Assembly (NCBI RefSeq): GCF_009914755.1
Contig: NC_060948.1
From: the human T2T-CHM13v2.0 reference genome, Homo sapiens
Length of the DNA: 64,000 nt
Strand: one strand, 5' to 3'
Shown here in pieces: positions 26,678 through 45,518 of the stretch (the stretch's first letter is position 1; the number at the start of each line of letters is the position of its first letter). Under the pieces are notes generated by a model. That model saw only the letters and a program-made list of their open reading frames with translations, had not been told where the DNA came from and made no database searches. Position numbers and translations under genes: made by a program.

Positions 26678-26866
26678 AGCAATGCTCATCTCCAAAATGA
26701 TGTACGTAGTTAACGTCATAAATTTAAAGATGAGCCCACATTAAACAAGATAGAAGATAGGAAAGAGAACAATATTCGTGTCCAAAGACACCTTCAAGCC
26801 TCTTTTACATTTAGTTGCCTTCTGACTAAAATACTATGTACTGAAAATTTTTTGGAAACACTTCAG
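26678..26866 (+). pseudogene. USP9Y pseudogene exon
   Basis: SNAHLQNDV...PTLNKIEDRKENNIRVQRHLQ...KYYVLKIFWKHFR then GTAAAT; USP9 has KTEDRKEYNIGVLRHLQ...YYVPRGFWKQFR. Confidence 0.85.
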
Positions 26867-27789
26867 GTAAATTATGGGTGATTTATCAATTTAATTTTGA
26901 TAAAATCGTCTGTACATTAAATTTTTTAAATAGATCTTTAAAATACATAGTTTATTTGGCATGTAATATTTAAAAAATAGTAATATCCTAGCTGCATTTC
27001 TTGATCATTTTTATTATTGTCATACTAATAGAAAAAGGTTAAAATTGTCACAGCAAAGACAGGCCACTGTATTCTTTCATCTCTTAAGGTATAATTGACT
27101 TCTTATAGGAAGATTTGTAATCTATATAATCAAAATATTAAAATGAAGTCATCTCCTTGATTTAACAGTTCTCAAATGAAGCAAATGTCAAGTACATTTT
27201 TTAAGTGTACAGATATTTTAATACATCCCTAAAGTTTTTTCAAAAATATATGACCAGGGTACTGTTATCACACATAATACAAATTATTTTACAACCTTGG
27301 GCAACGTAGAAAACCCTGCCTCTATGAAAACAAAACAAAAATTATTCAGGTGTGGATATATGAGCCTGTAGTATCAGCTACTTGGAAAGATAAAATACCA
27401 TTTATTTGACTAACTTTGATATTTGATTACACTTTCCTCATTATACTGTTCAATTTAGACTAGCACATCAATGATGTCTTTTAGTTTCTAGAGTAATGTT
27501 TATGCCTGAGATTATGTATAATAATCACCTCAGAAATCCATATTACTCATCATCAAATAAGCATTTTTATTATCAAATAAACCTTTTAATCACTGACAAA
27601 AAAGTACTGCTTCCTAGTCCTGCAAGATAAAATATATATGATATACTTTTATATAAATATATAATCTATAACTTCATGTAATATACACATAATTTTTGCA
27701 AGCCTGAATGTAATCTCATAGATTTTGAGCCTCTTACAAAAGTGACCAATAACACTTGGTCCGTGTTTAGATTTGAAAAATCTCAACTA

Positions 27790-28090
27790 GGCCAGGCCCT
27801 GTCACTCACATGGATAGCCTTAGCACTTTGGGAAGCCAAGGGAGTCAGATTACTTGATTTCAGGAGTTCAAAACCAGCCTGTGCAACATGGTGATATCCC
27901 ATCTCTACTAAGATGCAATAAATTAGCTGAGTGTAATTGTCTGCACTAGTCCCATCTATCCGGGACACTAAGGCGAAAACATCACCTGAGCTGTAACCGT
28001 GTTGCTGCATTGCAGACTGAGTAATGAAGAGAAGCTGTGCCACACAAACACACACAACCACACATGCACACAAAACCACACACACACACA
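27790..28090 (+). mobile_element. Highly diverged Alu followed by CA-rich simple repeat
   Basis: GCACTTTGGGAAGCCAAGG...CAGGAGTTCAAAACCAGCC. Confidence 0.7.
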
Positions 28091-28589
28091 GAGAAAGAGT
28101 TTAGTGTTCTTTCAAGAAGGTATTTCTTAGATAGCTCAGAGGTAGGAAGAAAAAGGGATCTTCTGATTTCTGGGCTGTCTTCTGTTTTACTCACAGTAGT
28201 TCCCTTTCTATGTATTAGCATATCACTTAGATTTCCTTTAAAAGTCTTTAGTGCACGTGTAATTAACTGACTGCCCATTATAGCTTTCAGTAAAAGTTTC
28301 CAAATTTCATAGCTAAACTGTAAACCTAGGTTATAAATATGATTTGCATATATAATTCTAATTTACATATTTCAATTCTTTATCTGCACACGTCCCTCAC
28401 TCTCATTTTTTCTTGTGTCAACAATTTATTTTCATTAGCTTTCTCTACTCAAAACATTTCTTTTTCTGCAATCTAGTCAACATTTCTGTTCTTGTTCTCT
28501 CAAATTATTATAACTCTTTGAGCTTCTGTCTTCAAAACTTTCACTCAATAATTTATGTGTGCATGCATCTATATGTGATCATCTGCTAT

Positions 28590-29088
28590 CACTTGGCACC
28601 AGGGCCTGTTTTTGTGAAAGACAAGATTTTCATCAACTGGGGTTGTGGAGACAGTTTTTGGAAGATTTGAGTACCCTCCATTGATTTTGCGCTTTATTTG
28701 TCTTATTATTACATTATAATATTTAACAAAATAATTATACATCTCACCATAATGTAGACTCGGTGGGAGCCCTAAACTTATTTTCCTGTAGCTAGATGGT
28801 TCTATCTGTGGGTGATGGGAGACTGTTGCAGGTGATCAGTTGTTTTGATTCTTATAAAGAGTGCAAAACGTAAATTTCTCTCAAGTGCAGTAAATAGTAG
28901 TTCCCTCGCTTCTATAAAAATCGGATGCTGCCACTGATCTTCAGAAAGCGGATCTCAGGCAGTACTGTGAACCATACTTAGTGTTTTAAATAGAGATAAG
29001 GTTTCCATGCTTGGCCACCACTCACCTGTTGATGTGTAGCCCCAGTTCATAACAAGACGCAGATGGATACTGATTAGGGAAACCCCAG
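28590..29088 (+). mobile_element. MER1A-like hAT-Charlie DNA transposon
   Basis: TTGGCACCAGGG...CTCACCATAATGTAGA...GGTGATGGGAGAC...GCTGCCACTGATCT motifs. Confidence 0.75.
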
Positions 29089-29224
29089 CTCAAGCCAAAG
29101 AGTTTGAGACCACAGTGAACTGGAATTGTGCCACTGCATTTTAGCTTCAGTGACAAAGAACCTGTCTTCACAAATAAAAGTAAAAAATACATTTTATAAT
29201 TTGTATTTTAAATAATATCTTTTG

Positions 29225-29354
29225 ATACAAATGTGAGAAATCTTTTACAACTTTAAATGTGGACATGAACAGTCTTCAAAATCTTCTTCATTCTGTGGAA
29301 CAGTGTATCAAATTGAATGTGCAAATGCACATCATTGTAAAATGTGATAAAAAG
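29225..29354 (+). pseudogene. USP9Y pseudogene exon (fingers region)
   Basis: [29 protein letters not shown]...ANAHHC..CDKK versus USP9 [29 protein letters not shown]...ANAYHCEKCNKK. Confidence 0.85.
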
Positions 29355-30093
29355 TTTGTTTTGTTCAGTTTTGAAAAAAATAATTATCTCATTGAAAACA
29401 ACCAGAAGACAATTAGAAGTGTTTGTGCTCATCCACAAAATTAACTTCTGCTTTCTCTTTAGTATTTGCACGGTATCAGAGAGGTAGTCAAGATGATAAC
29501 TGGCTTAAAGGAGAATGTTATTGACAAAATCGAATGACTGACTAGGAAAAAAAAAGTTATTCTCATTAGGTGAATAATTTGAGATGTAAAATAATCTCCC
29601 AGATTGTTTTCATCTCTACTCTAAAATAAATTGCATTTTAATGATTGAATCTTGAAGAGTTGGTAGAAGAAAGCATTATTCTTTTTCTACTATAAAAATC
29701 TCTTGAAGCAAAAATGTTCCTTCATTTTATGGGCTTCCAACAGATTTTAACGACCACTTGTAGTTTCACAAACAGGTCTCTTTCTTTAGGCCTAACCAGC
29801 TAATTTTATTTCTTTGCAATTTGACTAGGATATATAATGGTAAAATGTCTTTGAAGATATTATATATTAAATGACAGGTATGTCTTTCTTGACCTTCATA
29901 ACATCTCACCTCCAAGCTGTCTGCATTATCTTGCACTTAGCTGCCATTTAAATTGTGGTTTATTTTTAACAGCATACTGCCTGCTATTTTCACCTCTGAG
30001 ACTTGGAACAATTTCTTTTCACCCTGCCTGCCACTCTTAATTCACACCGTTTAAAGTATTATGTATAGGTTTTACCTTTTCATAAGACAGAGA

Positions 30094-30303
30094 GTCCAGC
30101 TTTGCCAACAGGGTGAAGCCCCATCTCTACTAAAAATATGAAAATTAGCCAGGCGTGGCGGCAGATGCCTGTAATACTAGCTACTGGGGAGGCTGGGACA
30201 GGTGAATCGCTTGAATCTGGGAGGTCTAGGTTGCAGTGAGCCTAGATCCTGCCATTGCACTGCATTCTAGGTGAAGAGAGTGAAACTGTCACACAAAAAG
30301 AAA
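30094..30303 (+). mobile_element. 5'-truncated Alu
   Basis: Linker and right arm. Confidence 0.85.
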
Positions 30304-30699
30304 GGACAGTGAGGATTAAATTTATTAATATGTGTGCAGCTCTTAGTGTATTACCTTGACTTTAAGCACTATAAGTATTAACTGCTATCATTATTGCTTA
30401 CTTTGTATCTTCAGTTTACTCACACCAAATTCTGCTTAATTGCATAAAAGAAAATATTAGAGAAGTAACACAGATAGTAGTGGCTATATGGAACCACATA
30501 GCCATCACTCTCTGTGTCAGTAATGTTTTCTGATTTGCAACAAATAAGAGACCTTTTGCATATAAAGGTTCTGCAAACAGATTTCCCTAGACATATATTA
30601 AAGTGTTTGAAAACAAAAACAAAAAAATCAATACTATGGTAAAATGTAACAAATTTAAAGTCATTAGAGTAAAATATCTGTCTACATAGCATTTACATT

Positions 30700-30863
30700 T
30701 TATTAATTATTTATGTAGAGATAAAGTAAACTACACAGGAGGATGGGTGTGCATTATACTTATGTACTGCATCATTATAAAGCAGAAGCTTGAGCAGACA
30801 TACATTTTGGTATTTGAGATGTTTCTGGAGCCAATCCCCTACAGATACCAAAGGATTGCTATA
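30700..30863. mobile_element. MER2/Tigger-type DNA transposon end
   Basis: CAGGAGGATG...TTTTGGTAT...CTGGAGCCAATCCCCTACAGATACCAAAGG. Confidence 0.65.
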
Positions 30864-31515
30864 TATAAATATGTTAAGCTTTGATAAGAAAGTATTGCTT
30901 AAGTTAGTTATGGCATAATTACCATGATGATGTTAATGATTATTTACTTACCTTTTTATAAATAAATTAAAAAGATTATAAGCTTTAAAATTATCATTAC
31001 ATTGTTTTTGATATTTGCTGGGGAAATGAGAACATTTGTACATGGGGACACATTCTCTGTTTATGGTATGGTAACACAATTAAGCACTTGCTATTTAAAT
31101 AATTTCCTTTTTTTGTTTTGTTTTGCAATTACCTATGCTCCTGTCACCAATCTAGTAAGTGTGTGTGTCAGGGAGAAAATTACATTTATTTCTGGGATTG
31201 AGGACACTATTTTCTTGTTTATTTAAATCATGCTGAAGGGATGAGATTTTTGCAGCTGACACTGTGTAAGTTAGCAGTGTATATTTGATTTTCAATGGAT
31301 ACATTTCTCAGACTGGGAAGGAAGCACTTTTGGTCAGATTTTTTGTTGGTTGCTAGGAGACCAAAATCCTCTTGTGATGTCATTGCTACTCACCTTGGGA
31401 ACATCGTGATGGTCTAGATTTCTTTACCTGCCTAGGCCTTCTGAAGCAGCATTTGAAGCCGCAGTCTTGAAAACCATGCAGGCTGGAAGAGTAGCTAAAG
31501 AAATGTTTATTTGAG

Positions 31516-32729
<1,214 letters not shown>

Positions 32730-32839
32730 AACAGTACACACTTTTGATCTTACATTAAAGGATTCCAACATGTTTGTGCCTTTCATTACCTCCTGTTAGA
32801 GTCCATGTTTCATGTTTTCTAATGCACATTTCCTTGCTT

Positions 32840-33125
32840 CTTCTTTTCTTTGAGATAGTCTTACTGTGTTACCCTGGCTGGAGAGCAGTGGCATTATTTC
32901 AGCTCACTGCAACCTCAGCCTCTGGGTTCAAGTAATTACTGTGCCTCAAACTTTTGAGTAGGTAAAATTATATATGCCCACCAAGCTGGGCTAATTTTTG
33001 TATTTTTCGTAGAAACGGAGTTTCACCAAATTGGCCAGGATGGTCTTGAATTCCTGGCCTCACGTGATCCACCCACCCTGGCCCCTAAAAGTGCTGGAAT
33101 TACAAGGTTGAGCCACCAAACCCCT
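32840..33125 (-). mobile_element. Diverged Alu
   Basis: Antisense Alu dimer motifs. Confidence 0.85.
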
Positions 33126-33562
33126 CCTCTAATACAGATGTTCATCACATTGGTTTCATCTATACAAAGTCAGATTTCATGGCTTTTGTCAGGATTTGAT
33201 ACCTTTTAGATTCTGAATCCATATCCTCAGCATGGCTGAACAAATCCCTTCCAGACCTAATATTTATTTTCCTGTCAGCTTCATGTCTTTCTGTTTCACC
33301 ACAGTCCAGTTGGAGCAACATCTGGACAACTCCACTTTCAGCCATGCCCTTTCCTATCTTGTAACTTGGGCCCCATTTTTTCTTGGAGATAAATGCTCTC
33401 TCCCGATTTGCCTACTTAAGACTCCTACAACACAGACATCACTCCTTCCAGGAGGTGCTTCTTATCTGTCACATTAGTTTTCTTGTCTGTCTGTCTGTGT
33501 CTCCTGGACACCCAGCACTGATGTCACACAGTACCTAATACATATATGTACATTTTTGTATT

Positions 33563-33568
<6 letters not shown>

Positions 33569-33604
<36 letters not shown>
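33569..33604. repeat. (CA)n microsatellite
   Basis: Uninterrupted AC run. Confidence 0.95.
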
Positions 33605-33607
<3 letters not shown>

Positions 33608-33842
33608 GTATGTGAATTTGTGAATGTTGACTGTGGACATACAACCATAAAATCTATTTTCATTGTCAAAAATGAACATTATTGGTGTTGTGGTATTACT
33701 TGTTATTCTTCATTACTCACCACAACTTTTCATAAAAGGGTAGGTCAGAGTTTTGTTCACTAGAGGTGCAATAATTTTGACTTACTGAGATTAACATCCC
33801 TGGTTATCATTTCAACTATCACGCTTTCTTTTTCGGTATAGG

Positions 33843-34214
33843 TATGTTTTTTTATATATGTATATATTTGTATATTTTTTGTATATGTATTTTTTATATT
33901 TGTATATGTTTTATATTTGTATATTTTTGTTTGTATATTTTTGTATATTTATTTGTATATGTTTGTTATATTTTACATTTTTGTAAAAAATTTATTTATA
34001 TATTTATATTTATATATATTGTAAAAAATATTTATATATTTATATATTATATTATTCATATATTATATATTTGTATAATGTGTATATATTATTTACATAT
34101 TTGTATATTTTATTTTTTTATATTTGTATATTTTTATATTTGTATATTTTTTGTATATTTATTTGCATATTTTTCTAAATATATTGTATATATTTTTATA
34201 TATATTTGTATATT
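33843..34214. repeat. AT-rich low-complexity tract (TTTGTATAT-type units) at the L1 tail
   Basis: About 370 bp of recurring TATATTT(G)TA units abutting the L1 3' end. Confidence 0.9.
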
Positions 34215-40353
<6,139 letters not shown>

Positions 40354-40931
40354 AAAAAAAGGTCTGGTTGTGATTTTTCCCAGCTTCTTCTAAAAATTAT
40401 TTTTCATCTTCTGCTTTGACTGGCAGGTCCTTGCCTGAAAGAATAGCTTTATCTTTGCCACTCCTTCCTTTATTTGCTGTAGAGATTCTCAGTTGTTGTG
40501 CTGAAATGGCTTACACTGGGGATCCAGCTGCACAATTGTTCAGAAGGAGCATTCACTGTGGATTTGGTATATTATGCAACATTTGGTGTCACCAGCTAAG
40601 GCCTGACAAGATTCATCACTCAGTTTTCTGGGACAACTGAAATTGGAATGGAGTATGGATTTGGTCAGACAGATTCCTCAGTATGGAAACCTAGTGGTGC
40701 CATCTTACCCTATGCCTATATTTTCAGATTGTGCATAAGTAGAAGAAATTTAGAATCAATGCTATAAAAAGGGAATCCTGATTTCCTTTCCTGGCAGAGC
40801 ATGACACAAGACAAAGATCATTTCACCTATGTCCACATACTATTAACTTTTTAGTTCTCACGCTGGATTTTCAGAGGGTAGTGCGATGGACATGGTTAAA
40901 TAGTTAATATGAAGAATGTTTAAAAAAATTA

Positions 40932-41207
<276 letters not shown>

Positions 41208-42572
41208 GAATGGACAACAATAAAATGGATAATGCCAAATAAATAAAAAGTGAAAAGATTAACTTGGGTGAACCCCAAGACAACAAAGAAAAAAGAAAAT
41301 GATATTTTAGAAAGTGAGGATAAAGTAATGAAAGATGGACTGAGACAGATTAAAATGAGGAATACATTATTGTAAATTTAAGGCCAGAATAATGCAAGTG
41401 TCAAAAAAACAACAAAAGCAACAATAAAACAAGCACAGGGAGGGGTAGAGAGAGGGTGAATGAGGAAAAAGAGAAAGCAAATGCAAAATGTAAAGTAATC
41501 AGCATGATTAGAATATCTGTTCATTCCCACTCTCTGCAAATTCTTTGTATTTTGAGGAACATCCTGACAAGATTTTAATGTAATCAATCACGGAGTAGTC
41601 TAACCCAGAAAATATCCTAGCTTCCTCTAGGATTCAAAGACCTTGTACCTTCTTAGGTATTCTCTCTCCATCTAGGTTAAACTAAACTGTTTCAACAACA
41701 AAAACTACTTTGAATTTTCTGCCCAAAAGGAACATCACGGACGTTCTTCATCTTGGGTCATCACTTGAGTAATGAAGTAGATGGAGCAAATGTACTTTCC
41801 CCCTTACATAAATACAATTAATAGCACCACATAATGTATATAAAGCAAACATAAGACTGAAGGATGGAGCAAGAAGATAAACGGGTGAGGAAATTTAAGA
41901 TGCAACAAGTGATAAGATGGTTGAGTTTCCTGGATTCTTTTTGCCTGGTGTTATCACAGACTTGATCCTAATGGAGCTGGTACCCAAAAATGTAAATAAG
42001 TACAGGCAAAAAGTTCTCCCAAAACCCAACTTCTATAGCCACATGGCTAGGAAAGGGACACCTTACAAAGAGAAAAATATTTTTACAATAGCCTTCCTAC
42101 TTTAGTCAAACATTACAACAGAAAACAAAGCAAACCAAAAAAGCTAGCCAGGACAACAATGTTTAAGTTGAAACATAGAGAGCACCAGGCAGTAATGAGG
42201 CACCCCAACCCTCTGCTGGAGTGGAATCACATAAGGGAAAGTAGAGAGTTAGAGTTTTCAATGCTGCCATATGGGGACACCCTTCTGCTTCTAGCCAGGG
42301 AGGTACAAGTAACACCCAGGTTGAAGCTGGAATCTGCATATTTTTTTATCAGTAGCTAGAAGGGCTGCCTTGGATGTCAAAGGAAGTGAAGAAGAGAATT
42401 TGGAATTGTGCCCTTCCTTTACAAGCATACACTTTCCTTTGTTATGGTGGTATCAGACAAAGCCAGCTACAAATGAACAAATAGGATGTCATAATATGGT
42501 TCAGAGTTTCCTAACATTTCCTCAAATGTTTAACTTTCAAATAAAAATCTCACACAGAAATGTTAGTGCTAC

Positions 42573-43435
42573 TGTTAAAGGATCACTATGGTGTCAGTTT
42601 TTCTTGCCAGAAACTTCTGTGGCCATGATGCCTTTGCTTGACTTCTTGTCCTGTTTGCAGGAAGAATGAGGTACACAGACAGGTGAAGGGTAAAGAAGAA
42701 GCAGAGTTCTATTTGGCATTAAAACGGTTCAAAGTGTTGGGATTCCTTCAGTACGGTGGCAGAAATATGAAATGGAAATATTATGGAAAGGTATAGGGAA
42801 TAGTCACAAACTTTTTGGAAGGCCGAAAGATTACATAGCTTGTAATAATTGAACAATTATTCAATTGGAGGGAGGTCGACCAAGGATATTGCCCCATACT
42901 GTAATTTACTTTAGACCACGGTACCTGAGCTTTAATCATTCATAGGTCTACTCTCTCAGCCAGGTTAATTATCCACAAGTGTGCTGACTCAAAGCTTCTG
43001 TTGTTAATTGTATACTAAATAAATGCCTGGAGTGCGAGCTGCTCAGGGCCGGCCTCAGTAACAAACTTTTCTTGTCATGCAGGTGCTCAGACATTCAGCT
43101 AGACTGGCAAAACAGAGTATCTATGTGCTAGTGTGTGGTTTATCCATCTGCAATTTGGGTCAGGGTCTGCGGGCAGACCCCTGAAGCTAGTGCCCTCTTG
43201 TGAGGAGCAATACCTCACAAAGGAGTGGGTAGCTCTCCTCTATAGGCAGGTCTTCCTATGGTGTGTTCACTCTAGAGAGAGAGGCTCCTCTCTGTCGGCA
43301 AGTCATTTAGATGTCTCTGCAGGTCTGTGAAGCTCTCTGTTGCAGCTGCTGCTCTCAGCGGAGAGGGTACTGCTCTCCTCCCGTTGTCTACAGCAATCAG
43401 CAAGAAGGGTACTCCTTTCTTTAGCAGACTGGCTT
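42573..43435 (-). mobile_element. LTR27/MER52-group ERV1 LTR split by a nested LTR22
   Basis: TGTTAAAGGATC...GAAACTTCTGTGGCC...GGAAGAATGAGGTACACAGAC; resumes GGAGTGGGTAGCTCTC after 43222. Confidence 0.55.
42735..43217 (+). mobile_element. Solo LTR22-family LTR (HERV-K22/HML-5) with 5-bp TSD
   Basis: TG...CA termini, AATAAA near 43018, CAAAG at 42730-42734 and 43218-43222. Confidence 0.75.
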
Positions 43436-43439
43436 TTGA

Positions 43440-45360
43440 ATGTCTTCATAAGATCCTTCACAGAGCAGCAGTTTTTAATTTTGATTTGATACAGTTAATC
43501 TTTTTTTTTACTTTTATGGCTTATGCATTTGGTATCAAATATAATAACATTTTGCTACAACTAAGAAGCTTGAATTTTTTTACGTTCTTTTTTTCTGAAA
43601 ACGTTTTATAAAATGTGTTGTAATTTTATATTACATTGAAATTCATGAGACATTTTGAGTTAATTTCTGTAGTATAAGATTTATGTTATGGCTTTATTTC
43701 TTAAATTTATAAATATCCACGTGCCCTGGCACCATTTGTTTAAAGGCTGTTTTTCCTCCACTGATTTCTGCTTGCCAGATTTGTGTCATATCACTTGGTC
43801 ATATCCACACCAGTGTGGCTCTATTCCTGGGCCTTCTCTTCTGCTCCATTTTTATATGAATCTATTTCTATGCCAATACCAAACTGTTATGTTCATTTTA
43901 GCTGTGTAATAAGTCTTAGAAATGTTGATGAATTTCTCCCACTATATACTTGTATACTCATAATTGTCTTAGCTATCATGGTGAGTAAGTTTGCTTTGTC
44001 TGCAAAAATTCTTGCTGAGATACTGATAGGAATTTCACCAAATATATAGATCAAGCTGGGGAAAATTAACAGGATATATTGTCTTCATATCCATGAACAC
44101 AGTGTATCTCTCATTATCTCTATTTGATTTCTTTCACCAGTGTTTTACATGTTTCAGCACATAGATCTCATACATGTTTTCTTTTGTTTAAATGCATATC
44201 AAAACATTTGATGTTCTTTGGAGCAGTTGTAGATCATACAGTTGCTAATTTGGGGTCCTGTTGACCTGCAGTGTGGGAAAATAGCAGAGTGCTAATTAGT
44301 TTGGATTTACTTCAGTTGTTCAGTTCCTAGGAGGGTGGGTGGTGGTAGATGGTTAACTCTCCACTAAAGCCCACTGACAGGATAGAATAGAGGAGGGTGG
44401 TGCGGAGGCAGTCAAACCACACAGTGCAATCAGTCCTAATCAGCTCTAGCCCTTTAAAAATTGTTGTTGTTGAGTCAACCTAGATGATCAGCTTGCTACC
44501 AGAGACTCCTGACATAAGGGAATTGGAATGCTCTCCTCTGCTTTCTCCGGGAGGGTGATAGAAGATTCCCTCTGGCCAGATGTGGTGGCTCACGCCTGTA
44601 ATCTCAGCATTCTGGGAGGACGAGGCAGGTGGATCACCTGAGGTCAGGAGTTCAAAACCAGGCTAACATGGAGAAACCCCGACTCTACAAAAAATGGAAA
44701 ATTAGCTCAGTGTGGAGGCACATTCCTGTTATCTCAGCTAGTCAGGGAGCTGAGGCAGGAGAATTGCTTCAACCCAGGAGGTGAAGCTTGCAGTGAACTG
44801 AGATTGCATACCATCGCACTCCAGCCTGGTCAACAAAAAAGAAACTCCAGCTCAAAAAAAAAAAAAAATTGCTGCCTACTTTGACTTTATGGAGAATCAA
44901 GCATTACTGCCCCGTGAGAAGATTGTCTTTGTATATGGCTCCACACAAATGGCAATACTAGCTTTTTTTTTTTTTTTTCTCGTAGCGTTTGTCTGGAATA
45001 GCTTGGTTATTACCCCTAGAAATGTTTTGTGTGATTGTGTATGGTTAGGCCATCCTCTCCTGGTCCTTTGGCTGAGAGAGAACAGGATTTGCTTGAAGTC
45101 CTTTTTATCTGTGCCTATTGGAGATTCTGTGTTGGAAGCTTCTACAGTCCATCATCTGTGATATATGGAAGAAAATAGGAAAACCCAGAAAAGTGACAAT
45201 GTTATCAATCTTTAAGTCCTAAAGTCCCTAGACAAACTGCCTTCCTCTTTCTGCCTTTCAGAGCCTGTCCTTGTTTTTTTCTCGTTATATCCATGGTGTT
45301 TTAGTTGTTTAGAGGAAACACTGGGCTGTTGCATCGTAACTGGAAATCCTAGGAAGTGAA
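43440..45360 (-). mobile_element. Old L1M fragments containing a plus-strand Alu (~44573-44868)
   Basis: Degenerate L1 ORF2 motifs (CACCATTTGTTTAAAGG, ATCCATGAACACAGTGTATCTCTC); Alu with A-tail. Confidence 0.55.
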
Positions 45361-45518
45361 TGGTTGAGAACGGCTTTGAAAGTTCCATGCAAACCAAATC
45401 TCATAACGCAAAACATGGGAAGATATGATTATAGAGAATGACATGATATGATTTACCTACAATAAAGTGGTTTTATAAAATAAAGTCTTCACCAAAATTA
45501 AATATTCTTAGAGAAGTC

